Shown: piece after piece, positions 5,934-12,811 of the stretch
Numbering within the stretch: position 1 is the first letter of the stretch
How the letters are laid out: each line of letters starts with the position of its first letter
NCBI GenBank assembly: GCA_030698575.1
Contig: JAUYMQ010000648.1
Span: 1 to 47,183, forward strand
Source: Deltaproteobacteria bacterium
Lineage (GTDB): Bacteria; JAUYMQ01
Length of the DNA stretch: 47,183 bases
Direction: 5' to 3'
Translations under genes and position numbers: made by a program
Notes under the pieces: generated by a model
Databases searched by the model: none
The model's input: the letters and a program-made list of their open reading frames with translations, nothing else
Told to the model about the DNA's origin: nothing

Positions 5934-5962
5934 TTGACTAACGTTCCGCGTTGCGGAACAAT
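5934..5962 (+). promoter_or_regulatory. Sigma70-like promoter TTGACT-17-AACAAT, with the palindromic operator GTTCCGCgttGCGGAAC (5943-5959) in its spacer
   Basis: The -35 is at 5934-5939 and the -10 at 5957-5962, with a 17-nt spacer. The ATG of the Cro-like gene at 5969 lies 7 nt after the -10, implying a leaderless or near-leaderless transcript. Confidence 0.5.
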
Positions 5963-5968
5963 GTCTGC

Positions 5969-6382
5969 ATGAAGCTTGCTGCGTACAAGAGACAGCACCG
6001 GTTGACCTACGAGAGGCTCGCGAAGCTGCTGGCGATGACGAAGACATCCGCCTGGCGCTACTGCCAAGGCGAGGTGCCCTCGGCAGCCGCCGCCAACCGC
6101 ATCAGTAGGGCGACGAACGGCGAGGTAACGGTAGAGGAGCTCCTCTACCCCACCGGCGTCTCGCCCGGCGCCCGCATGACCCCTCGCGATCCTATGCCCG
6201 AGCTCGAGGACGACGAGCAGCTCGAGGACGACGCCGCCGACAACCCCGCCGCCCCGGGCACCAACCCCTGCGGCCACCCGAGCACCTTGGTGCGCGGTGG
6301 CGTGACGAACTACTGCTCGGGCTGCGAGAGCGACGCCCGGGAGATGGACGCCAGCGGCGGTGCCGACGCTGCGGCGGCTTAG
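5969..6382 (+). CDS. Cro/YdaS-like HTH regulator with an acidic/Cys C-terminal extension, 137 aa
   Basis: MKLAAYKRQHRLTYERLAKLLAMTKTSAWRYCQGEVPSAAAANRISRATNGEVTVEELLYP resembles Cro/YdaS-type HTH proteins. Divergent from the XRE repressor. Confidence 0.65.
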   Translation: MKLAAYKRQHRLTYERLAKLLAMTKTSAWRYCQGEVPSAAAANRISRATNGEVTVEELLYPTGVSPGARMTPRDPMPELEDDEQLEDDAADNPAAPGTNPCGHPSTLVRGGVTNYCSGCESDAREMDASGGADAAAA

Positions 6383-6465
6383 GGCGTGGCGCGGGTGTGG
6401 GATGTGCTGCGGCCGGCCGACGCGCAGGCGAAGGCCACCGCGCAAGCGGCGTAGGAGGTGCGGCG

Positions 6466-6639
6466 ATGCGAGCCCTCGTGAGCTCGACAGTGGCATGGGG
6501 TGCAGTGGCGGTCCTCGAGGTTGCGGTGGTGGTGCTCCGTCGCGCCCGCATGCTCGGGAGCCCCTCCATATCTATTGATGCGTCACAGCATGCCGGCGCC
6601 GCCGGGCTGGCGCACGCAAAGGCGAGGGTGCCGCGGTGA
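6466..6639 (+). CDS. Small hydrophobic protein, 57 aa
   Basis: Internal ATG of track ORF 6397..6639, preceded by AGGAGGTG at 6-nt spacing. Sequence MRALVSSTVAWGAVAVLEVAVVVLRRARML... The stop overlaps the next GTG start (GTGA). Confidence 0.45.
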   Translation: MRALVSSTVAWGAVAVLEVAVVVLRRARMLGSPSISIDASQHAGAAGLAHAKARVPR

Positions 6640-7136
6640 GGAACTCGCACAGGACCCCCAGAGCAGCCCGCGTCGCGTTCTCGCGGGCTGCCGCTGCCGT
6701 GGGCTATCAGGACATCGCCGACCTGTTCGGCTGCGACCGGTCGACGGTCAGTCGCTGGTGCTCCGGCGACCTCCCCCTTTACCTCGACACGGCGGGCGCG
6801 GTTGCGCGCCATCTGCAAGGGGTGGAGTGGAGCGAGGAGGTGCGCTCGATCGGCCGCGGGCTCGCCCAGGCGATCGCCGAGGAGGCCGGCGCCACCCTGA
6901 CGGGGCCAGTCCGGCTGGACGCCGACGCGCTGTCGCGGACGGTCTCGCAGACGGCCACCGCGGTGCTCGAGCGCGCCGGCGTGCTGGTGCGGGCCGCGGT
7001 GGACGCGGAGGCCGACGGCGTGGTGACGCCGGACGAGCTGCGCACGCTGATCCGCCTAATGGCCGAGCACGTGGACTGCTGCCGCGGCCGGCTCGCGGTC
7101 CTCGAGGAGCGGCTGCGGGCCGCGTCGAGCGCATGA
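6636..7136 (+). CDS. HTH DNA-binding regulator (possibly CII/CP76-like), 166 aa
   Basis: GYQDIADLFGCDRSTVSRWCSGD is an HTH motif. The C-terminal helical region contains DGVVTPDELRTLIRLMAEH. Confidence 0.55.
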   Translation: MRNSHRTPRAARVAFSRAAAAVGYQDIADLFGCDRSTVSRWCSGDLPLYLDTAGAVARHLQGVEWSEEVRSIGRGLAQAIAEEAGATLTGPVRLDADALSRTVSQTATAVLERAGVLVRAAVDAEADGVVTPDELRTLIRLMAEHVDCCRGRLAVLEERLRAASSA

Positions 7137-7407
7137 GTTGCACGCCCGGGCGGTCCGCCGTCCGGGGTCCCACTCCCGCGGGGGCCAAGGTCGCGGGACG
7201 AGTCGCATGGGGCGACGGGAAACGTGTGAGGCAGTCGAGCACGCCGTCGCCAGGGCCGCGCCTGCATGTGGCCCGCCTCACCCGTCGAGCGCCGGACGGG
7301 CATCGACTGCAGGCGCCGGGCAGGTCGCCCGACATCCAGACCCCGGCCGGTGGGACGCCGGCCCCAGACGCGGCCCCGAACCCTTCGCGGGTAATGCGAG
7401 GGCCTAG

Positions 7408-7476
7408 CGGTGTCACGGGAGCGCCCCCCACCGCGACGTGTGCAAGAGCGCCGGGCCGGCTGAGAGGCCGGCCACC
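7408..7476 (+). repeat. Copy 1 of a ~70-nt repeat carrying the hairpin GGCCGGC-tgagag-GCCGGCC
   Basis: cggtgtcacgggagcgcccc...gccgggccggctgagaggccggccacc aligns by eye to 7616-7685 with only a few mismatches and one 1-nt indel. Confidence 0.8.
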
Positions 7477-7501
7477 GTCTACATGACGGCGCGACCGCAT
7501 C

Positions 7502-7553
7502 TGGAGGTTGCGCCGTTGAGCGCCGCGTGGAGGTTGCGCCGTTGAGCGCCGCG
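7502..7553 (+). repeat. Perfect tandem duplication, 2 x 26 bp (tggaggttgcgccgttgagcgccgcg)
   Basis: Units 7502-7527 and 7528-7553 are identical. They lie between the two 70-nt repeat copies in a non-coding tract. Confidence 0.9.
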
Positions 7554-7615
7554 GGCAGGCCGCGGGCCGAGGGCAGGCGAAGGCCCCACGCTCTCTGAGA
7601 GGGGAGCCCAGACCA

Positions 7616-7685
7616 CGGTGTCGCGGGAGCGCCCCCGCCGCCGTGACGTGTGCATGACGCCGGGCCGGCTGAGAGGCCGGCCACC
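7616..7685 (+). repeat. Copy 2 of the ~70-nt hairpin-containing repeat
   Basis: cggtgtcgcgggagcgcccccgccgccgtgacgtgtgcatgacgccgggccggctgagaggccggccacc. Confidence 0.8.
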
Positions 7686-8005
7686 AGATCCCCTGCGGGG
7701 GTGGGCAATGACGGGCCGCCGAAAGCCGCCGATGTGGCGATCCACGGTTCTGAGCCCTAACCCGGCCGACCTGCGGCGGCGGAACCGCGGGAGCCGCTCA
7801 CGGGCGAAACTGTGAGCCCACCCCAGGGACACGGGGACGGCGAGGGGGCACGCCGCGACGCCGGCGACGGCGCGGAACCGGGACATAGTGGGTGCCCGGG
7901 CCCCTTTTCGCAGCGGCCTGCCGCTGGTGCTACAGGGCTGCCGGGCACCCTTGATGCACGAAAGACACGGTAGACAGGACGCGCCGCGGCGCAAGGGAGA
8001 GCCCG

Positions 8006-8650
8006 ATGTTCCACGAACAGACAAGACGCTGTGAGCTAACAAAGCTGACGTTCAAGCGGCAGGGGTCCGACGTACTAGCGGACCTGACACTGCGCGTGCT
8101 CCTCCACTGGCAGGAGTCTTTCCGCCTCGGCATCGACACCAACGAGTTCGCCGAGCGGTACGAAAAGGCGTCGCTACGGACTAACCTCGGCTGGTACGAC
8201 CTTGACGTCGATCCGTGCGGCCTCCACCCGCTGAAGCTGCGGGAGCGGTCGCTGGACAAGCCTCAGGTGGACATCGAACTGCCGGCCGCCGCGCGAAGCC
8301 GCCGCAAGAAGCTCGAGGATCTCCTCCCCGGTTTGGGTGCGCAGTCGGCGCTGGTGTGGCTCACCTTCACGGTGGGCGCACCGTTGATCGGCGATTGTCG
8401 CCATCAGGTATGGGCCCTCTTGCGGGCTCTCGGCGAGGTCGTCGACGTGAAGTTCTGGGCCCTGGGTCGCGGCCGCGCGGAGGGCGAGCAGCTCGACGTT
8501 GATGGCGCGATCGTTAAACACACTGAACGCACCGGAGGCCCTGCCCCAGCGGGTGATTTACCCGCCGCAGCGCGCAACGGCGACGGCCGCGTTGCCGACA
8601 CCGCCGACACCGCCGACACCGCCGACACCGAGCAACCATCGCTCAACTGA
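8006..8650 (+). CDS. Hypothetical protein, 214 aa
   Basis: GGGAGAG precedes the ATG and the composition is protein-like. The C-terminal (ADT)x4 is encoded by 4 x gccgacacc at 8594-8629. Confidence 0.6.
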   Translation: MFHEQTRRCELTKLTFKRQGSDVLADLTLRVLLHWQESFRLGIDTNEFAERYEKASLRTNLGWYDLDVDPCGLHPLKLRERSLDKPQVDIELPAAARSRRKKLEDLLPGLGAQSALVWLTFTVGAPLIGDCRHQVWALLRALGEVVDVKFWALGRGRAEGEQLDVDGAIVKHTERTGGPAPAGDLPAAARNGDGRVADTADTADTADTEQPSLN

Positions 8651-8663
8651 CGGGGAGGGTACG

Positions 8664-9170
8664 ATGCGCGAGCTCGCCGACGTCACGCTCCGCCTGCCCA
8701 TCGCGCCCGCGGCCAAGGGCAGGCCCAAGGCGCGAGTGCTGCAGCTTGGGGCGCGGACCATCGCTCAGATGTACACCCCGGCGACCACCCGCGCCTTCGA
8801 GGCGACCATCGCCGACATGGCCGCTGCGCGCCTGGAAGGCCGCATCTTGGAGGGCCCGCTCCGCGTCGACATCCTCGCGGTGCTCCAGCGCCCGCAAGGG
8901 CTCCTCCGCAAGCGGGACCCGGAGGGCATCACCTGGGCCCCGAAGCGTCCGGACCGCGACAACCTGGAGAAGGCGGTGCTCGACGGGCTTTCTGCTTGCT
9001 TCCGGGACGACGCTCAGGTCGTCGCCGGCGAGACCATCAAGGTCTACGCCGAGAAGACTGGCTGCCCCCGCGTGGTCGTGCGCATCCGTCAGCTCGGAGA
9101 GCAAGACCTGCTCGCCGCCGCCAACCCCGAGGCGCTCGCCGCGTCACTCGGGCTGCTCGTGGAGGGGTGA
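8664..9170 (+). CDS. rusA: RusA-family Holliday junction resolvase, 168 aa
   Basis: Internal ATG at 8664 follows GGGGAGGG. PIAPAAKGRPKARV...MYTPATTRAFE...KRPDRDNLEKAVLDGLSACFRDDAQVV matches the RusA motifs (P..K.R., DxDN..K...D.....DD.QV). Confidence 0.8.
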   Translation: MRELADVTLRLPIAPAAKGRPKARVLQLGARTIAQMYTPATTRAFEATIADMAAARLEGRILEGPLRVDILAVLQRPQGLLRKRDPEGITWAPKRPDRDNLEKAVLDGLSACFRDDAQVVAGETIKVYAEKTGCPRVVVRIRQLGEQDLLAAANPEALAASLGLLVEG

Positions 9171-9171
9171 C

Positions 9172-10497
9172 GTGGCGGAGATCACCTACACCGTAGCTCC
9201 CGCTCGGGAGTCCTCCACCCGCAAGTTCGCCAAGCTCAGCCGGGATGCCCGGCTTGCCATCAAGTGCCTGCGGGACCAGGTGGATCGATGGGGCTGCGTC
9301 ACGGCGGACCCCTGGGAGATCCAGGGGATGTGCCTCCGAGACTATTCGGAGGAGGAGATAGGGGCGTGTCTGAGTGAGGCTGCGGGGGCGGGGCTCATCG
9401 TGTTGTATGAGGCCGGTGGAGCACCGTGGGCGTGGTTCCCCGACCACGACAGCATGCACGACGGCTCGTATCTGCGCACCAAGCGCGGCCGCCCAACGCT
9501 CCCGCTGCCCCCCTGTCACCCGACGCTCGCGCAGGAGACGAGTACTCCGGAGCAGGTCCAGAGCACTCCGGAGCAGGTCCAGAGTACTCCGGAGCAGGTC
9601 CAGAGCACTCCGGAGCAGGTCCAGAGCACTCCGGAGCAGGTCCAGAGTACTCCGGAGCAGGTCCAGAGTACTCCGGAGCAGGTCCAGAGCACTCCGGAGC
9701 AGGTCCAGAGTACTCCGGAGAACTCCTCACGCGCGCGACGCGCGGACCTCGACCTCGACCTTGACCTCGACCTCGACCTTGACCGCGACCAGACAGGGGC
9801 GGAGGCGGCGCAGGGATCTAGCTACGCGCGCACGCGCGAGGCCGGGCCGCCGCCGCCGACTGCCGACGGTTATGCCGGTTCTGCGTCTCGCTCGTCGGAG
9901 CCGTCATTGCCCGAGCCCGAGCCCGAGCCCAAGCTCGCCGCGGCTCCGGTGTCTGCCGGCCGGGGCAACCCCGGGGCTACCCCGGGCTCTACCCCGGGCT
10001 CTACCCCGGGGCAACCCCGGGGTGACCCTGCGCTGGACTGCCTGTGGCCCAGCTTCCTCGCCGGGGCGGAGCTGCTCCAACGCGGGGGGCACCCGTGCGA
10101 GATGGGGTCGGTGGCCCGGGAGGCATGGGAACGCACGGTTCGGGCCTTCCCGCAGCTCGACCACGAGACCGCCATCGCCGAGTGGGTCGCGCACTGGTCA
10201 GGACCGAGGGCGAAGAAGCGCTACGGCCCGGTGCTGGATGCGGTGGCGAGCTATCACCAGGCCTGCGACCTTGCGCTGAGGAAGCAACTCGAGCAGGAGG
10301 CACGGCAACGTGAACGGGACAAGCATGTGGGCGCGCAAGCCGGAGACGCGAAGTCTGGCGGACATATTGGCGTCGCTGCCAACAAGCACTACGACGAGGC
10401 AGCGTTCGCCCGAGAGCGAGATCGACGCAAACAAAACGTGGGCGTGTCCGGCGCACGGAAACGTGTGCCGACTCCTGCGGAAACCGGAGGGATATGA
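9172..10497 (+). CDS. Replication initiator/organiser-like protein with a repeat-rich central linker, 441 aa
   Basis: GTG at 9172 sits 5 nt after GGAGGGG. Its position is upstream of a DnaC-like loader. The N- and C-terminal parts look globular, and the centre encodes (STPEQVQ)x8, (DL)n, (PE)n and (TPGS)n. Confidence 0.5.
   Translation: MAEITYTVAPARESSTRKFAKLSRDARLAIKCLRDQVDRWGCVTADPWEIQGMCLRDYSEEEIGACLSEAAGAGLIVLYEAGGAPWAWFPDHDSMHDGSYLRTKRGRPTLPLPPCHPTLAQETSTPEQVQSTPEQVQSTPEQVQSTPEQVQSTPEQVQSTPEQVQSTPEQVQSTPEQVQSTPENSSRARRADLDLDLDLDLDLDRDQTGAEAAQGSSYARTREAGPPPPTADGYAGSASRSSEPSLPEPEPEPKLAAAPVSAGRGNPGATPGSTPGSTPGQPRGDPALDCLWPSFLAGAELLQRGGHPCEMGSVAREAWERTVRAFPQLDHETAIAEWVAHWSGPRAKKRYGPVLDAVASYHQACDLALRKQLEQEARQRERDKHVGAQAGDAKSGGHIGVAANKHYDEAAFARERDRRKQNVGVSGARKRVPTPAETGGI
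9541..9720 (+). repeat. Tandem 21-bp repeats ag(t/c)actccggagcaggtccag, 8 full units plus a 12-nt partial unit (iteron-like, candidate ori)
   Basis: Units start at 9541, 9562, 9583, 9604, 9625, 9646, 9667, 9688 and 9709. Each contains the 8-bp palindrome CTCCGGAG. They are in frame within the initiator-like CDS. Confidence 0.9.
9745..9792 (+). repeat. Hexamer tandem repeat (gacctc/gacctt)n
   Basis: gacctcgacctcgaccttgacctcgacctcgaccttgaccgcgacc encodes DLDLDLDLDLDLDRD. Confidence 0.85.
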
Positions 10498-11125
10498 GTA
10501 TCCGGAGCCCTGCCCTCAGTGCGAACGCGAGCGCAGGCGGGGGAGGCACCCGGGCCACCTGTGGAGTCCCCACGAGGCCGTGGTCAGGGCGAGGATGGTG
10601 GAGCTCAACCGCCACGCCGAAGAGCGGCGCGACAAGGAGGACGGGCAGGCGGACGCGATCGCTGCGCTGGCGAATCTCGTCGCTGGGCGCAGGCCGGGCG
10701 TCTATCTGTGGGGCGAGACCGGCCGCGGCAAGAGCTGGCTGGCCGACCGCGCCGTCATGGCCGCATGGGACCGCGGCATCCCGTCGCTCTGCATCCGCGA
10801 GCGGGAGTTCTTGCAGGCTGCCACGGGGGCGGCGCGGGGCGACGGTGGGTGGTGCGACCAGCTCATCGCAGCGGCAAGATCGGTGTCGCTGCTGTGTCTT
10901 GACGAGTTCGGCCGCACTCGGCGGATAACCGAGGTCCAGCAGGACGCGCTGGACCAGCTCGTGGACGACCGGATGGATCCGAGGCTGCGGACCATCGTGG
11001 TGACCAACATTGACCGAGAACACCTGGCGGCGGACACATGCCGCGGAGCCACGCTGGCGAGCCGGATCGTCGGGCTCTGCGGGCCGCCGGTCTTCATCGA
11101 CGGGCCGGACTGGAGGCACGGATGA
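10310..11125 (+). CDS. DnaC/IstB-like AAA+ helicase loader, 271 aa
   Basis: Walker A is GETGRGKSWLA and Walker B is LLCLDEFG. The N-terminal region has a CPAH...CPQC zinc motif. GTG at 10310 sits 9 nt after AGGAGG (alternative ATG at 10325). It overlaps the preceding CDS by 188 nt. Confidence 0.75.
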   Translation: MNGTSMWARKPETRSLADILASLPTSTTTRQRSPESEIDANKTWACPAHGNVCRLLRKPEGYEYPEPCPQCERERRRGRHPGHLWSPHEAVVRARMVELNRHAEERRDKEDGQADAIAALANLVAGRRPGVYLWGETGRGKSWLADRAVMAAWDRGIPSLCIREREFLQAATGAARGDGGWCDQLIAAARSVSLLCLDEFGRTRRITEVQQDALDQLVDDRMDPRLRTIVVTNIDREHLAADTCRGATLASRIVGLCGPPVFIDGPDWRHG

Positions 11126-11376
11126 CGCGCGAACCGGAGCGCAAGCCGTCGCCCTGCGAACCGGGGGCACCGGTGAAGAACCGCAAGCTGTCGCCGGACG
11201 AGTTCATGCGCGAGATGCGCGAGCTGCTCGGCGACTTCAGCATCGACCAGGCGGAGTTCTTGCGTATGCGTAACTGCTGCGGGGACTGCGACGACGGCAG
11301 CGACTGTGATCGCGAGGCGGCACGCGGCATCGGCGCTACTCCAGAGCGGGACACCGGCGCCCCGGAGGCTGAGTGA
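11122..11376 (+). CDS. Hypothetical protein, 84 aa (Cys/Asp-rich CCGDCDDGSDCD)
   Basis: ATGA overlap with the DnaC-like stop, and GGAGG 5 nt upstream. Confidence 0.5.
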   Translation: MTREPERKPSPCEPGAPVKNRKLSPDEFMREMRELLGDFSIDQAEFLRMRNCCGDCDDGSDCDREAARGIGATPERDTGAPEAE

Positions 11377-11867
11377 GCCACCTCGTCCCGCCGCGGGTCC
11401 GGGCTGATGCCGCCGCGCTCACGCTTGCACGGCTCGGGACCGATGCGGCGCGGGCCCGGCAGCCGGCGTTTCGCTCTGTGGGGCATGCGGCCACCTGGTA
11501 CTTCACCGCGCAACGGCGACACAGTGCGGCCAAGACCAGCCTGGGCGCCGCCACCGAGATCCTCGAGCTCGGCACCTTCGTCGACGGCGGCCGGGGCTCG
11601 GTGGTCGAGGGCTCGTTGTGCCTGCTCGCTGACGTGCACGCGTGCTTGCCCGAGCCACGGGGCGAGCCGAGCTCGACGAGCGTGGAGTGGCAAAAGTGGG
11701 TGGTGTTTTTGGCGTGCCTGCGTGACGGGCACGACATCGAGGGCGCGGCGGGCAAGGTCCGCGAGCTGTTCGACGCGGCCTGCGAGTGGAGTGAAGCGAG
11801 GGCGCTGCTGCTGGTCGCGGTGCGGGACTTCCGCGATAGTCTGCGGCGGAAGGGGTTGCTGCGATGA
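11373..11867 (+). CDS. Hypothetical protein, 164 aa
   Basis: GTGA overlap with the upstream stop. The composition is protein-like and no family was recognised. Confidence 0.5.
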   Translation: MSHLVPPRVRADAAALTLARLGTDAARARQPAFRSVGHAATWYFTAQRRHSAAKTSLGAATEILELGTFVDGGRGSVVEGSLCLLADVHACLPEPRGEPSSTSVEWQKWVVFLACLRDGHDIEGAAGKVRELFDAACEWSEARALLLVAVRDFRDSLRRKGLLR

Positions 11868-12250
11868 CAACGGCGGAGGAGCTCCCCCGCGGCGTGCTGA
11901 GCGTGCTGCGTGAGGTGGATGGCGACCGGAGCGAGTTCGACGAGGACGAAGGAGTCGTCTGGGCCTGTGACGCCCGCGCCATCATCTACCGCGGCATCGC
12001 TGCGATCACCGCTGCCGTCCAGTCGCACGGCATCGGCGCGTACAGCCAGCGCACGGTGCGGCGGATGCTGCGCCGGCGCGAGATCCCGGCGCGGAAGCTA
12101 CAGAACATGTGGACCACCACGAGCGAGCTGCTCGAAGGCCTCCGGGACACGATGACGCGGGCACACGCGGCGGGCATGTGCACCTGCGTCTGGTGCCCGC
12201 AGCATGGCAAAAAGTGGCAGGCGGACAGATTGGCCGCACATGGCCGGTAG
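11864..12250 (+). CDS. Excisionase/MerR-type HTH domain protein, 128 aa
   Basis: ATGA overlap. YSQRTVRRMLRRREIPARKLQNMWTTTSELLEGL resembles Xis-type HTH_17 motifs. The C-terminus has CTCVWCPQH. Confidence 0.45.
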   Translation: MTTAEELPRGVLSVLREVDGDRSEFDEDEGVVWACDARAIIYRGIAAITAAVQSHGIGAYSQRTVRRMLRRREIPARKLQNMWTTTSELLEGLRDTMTRAHAAGMCTCVWCPQHGKKWQADRLAAHGR

Positions 12251-12310
12251 TAGCTGTGCTACAGTAGCTATGCTCACGCGAGTTGTGATCTGAGACCGGA
12301 GGCCGGCGAT

Positions 12311-12808
12311 GTGGCGGTCAAAACGCAGCACGTCACGGCCGACGAGTGGCAGAAACTGCCATGTCACCCTGGGGGCCGGCAGTGGAACGTCCGCCACGTC
12401 ATAGCGGCCAAACTACGCGCGGAAGGCCATGAGTGGAGCGGGATCGCCGCTGAGCTCGGCAGCTCCGAAAACACCGTCATGCACTATCCGTTGCGTTGCG
12501 ACGGATGGCACCTGCTGCACGAGCACTTCCGGGCGCACTACCTCGCGCGCCTGGAGGATGAGCTCCTCGAACCGGGCCTGAAGCGACACCGTCAACTCCT
12601 GGACTCCGCGAACGAGTTCGTCGCCGTGCAGGCGGTCTCGCTGATGTACGCGGAGCGGCGGGCCAAGGCGAAGGAGTTGAACGGCCTGCTTAAGCAGGAG
12701 GCCGACTGCAAGGCCGGCGACGCCGCGGCATCGACCACTACGACCATCACGGTGGTCAACGAGATCCAGGAGCCGAGCGAGCGCGCTGCCAAGACTGCCG
12801 CCGAGTAG
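12311..12808 (+). CDS. Putative terminase small subunit, 165 aa
   Basis: Lies immediately upstream of terL. HTH-like GHEWSGIAAELGSSENTVMHY is followed by a helical region. Confidence 0.5.
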   Translation: MAVKTQHVTADEWQKLPCHPGGRQWNVRHVIAAKLRAEGHEWSGIAAELGSSENTVMHYPLRCDGWHLLHEHFRAHYLARLEDELLEPGLKRHRQLLDSANEFVAVQAVSLMYAERRAKAKELNGLLKQEADCKAGDAAASTTTTITVVNEIQEPSERAAKTAAE

Positions 12809-12811
12809 CTA

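Noticed and set aside
6500-7708. Long ORFs of 250-330 aa (6500..7486 +, 6748..7500 -, 6779..7708 -)
   Set aside because: Their translations are almost pure Arg/Pro/Gly/Ala and lack hydrophobic-core periodicity. They overlap one another in several frames and overlap the convincing HTH gene at 6636-7136. These are typical shadow ORFs of very GC-rich DNA.
7770-7880. Two extra GCGGAAC heptamers (about 7778 and 7873) as further operator sites
   Set aside because: They are direct copies rather than inverted, and each lacks a partner GTTCCGC half-site. Single 7-mers of this composition are expected several times by chance in 47 kb of GC-rich DNA.
9541-9729. The tandem 21-bp repeats as a possible CRISPR array
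   Set aside because: The units are directly abutting with no spacers and are shorter than typical CRISPR repeats. They are in frame in a CDS, encoding STPEQVQ. No cas genes are present.
10001-11170. 389-aa minus-strand ORF antisense to the initiator and DnaC-like genes. Similar antisense ORFs occur at 13751..14755, 17132..18391, 24589..25857, 29153..29974 and 36018..36995.
   Set aside because: Each lies opposite a plus-strand gene with clear family motifs (Walker boxes, terminase, capsid or tape measure). Each has a low-complexity Arg/Pro/Ser-rich composition. They are open only because stop codons are rare in GC-rich antisense frames.
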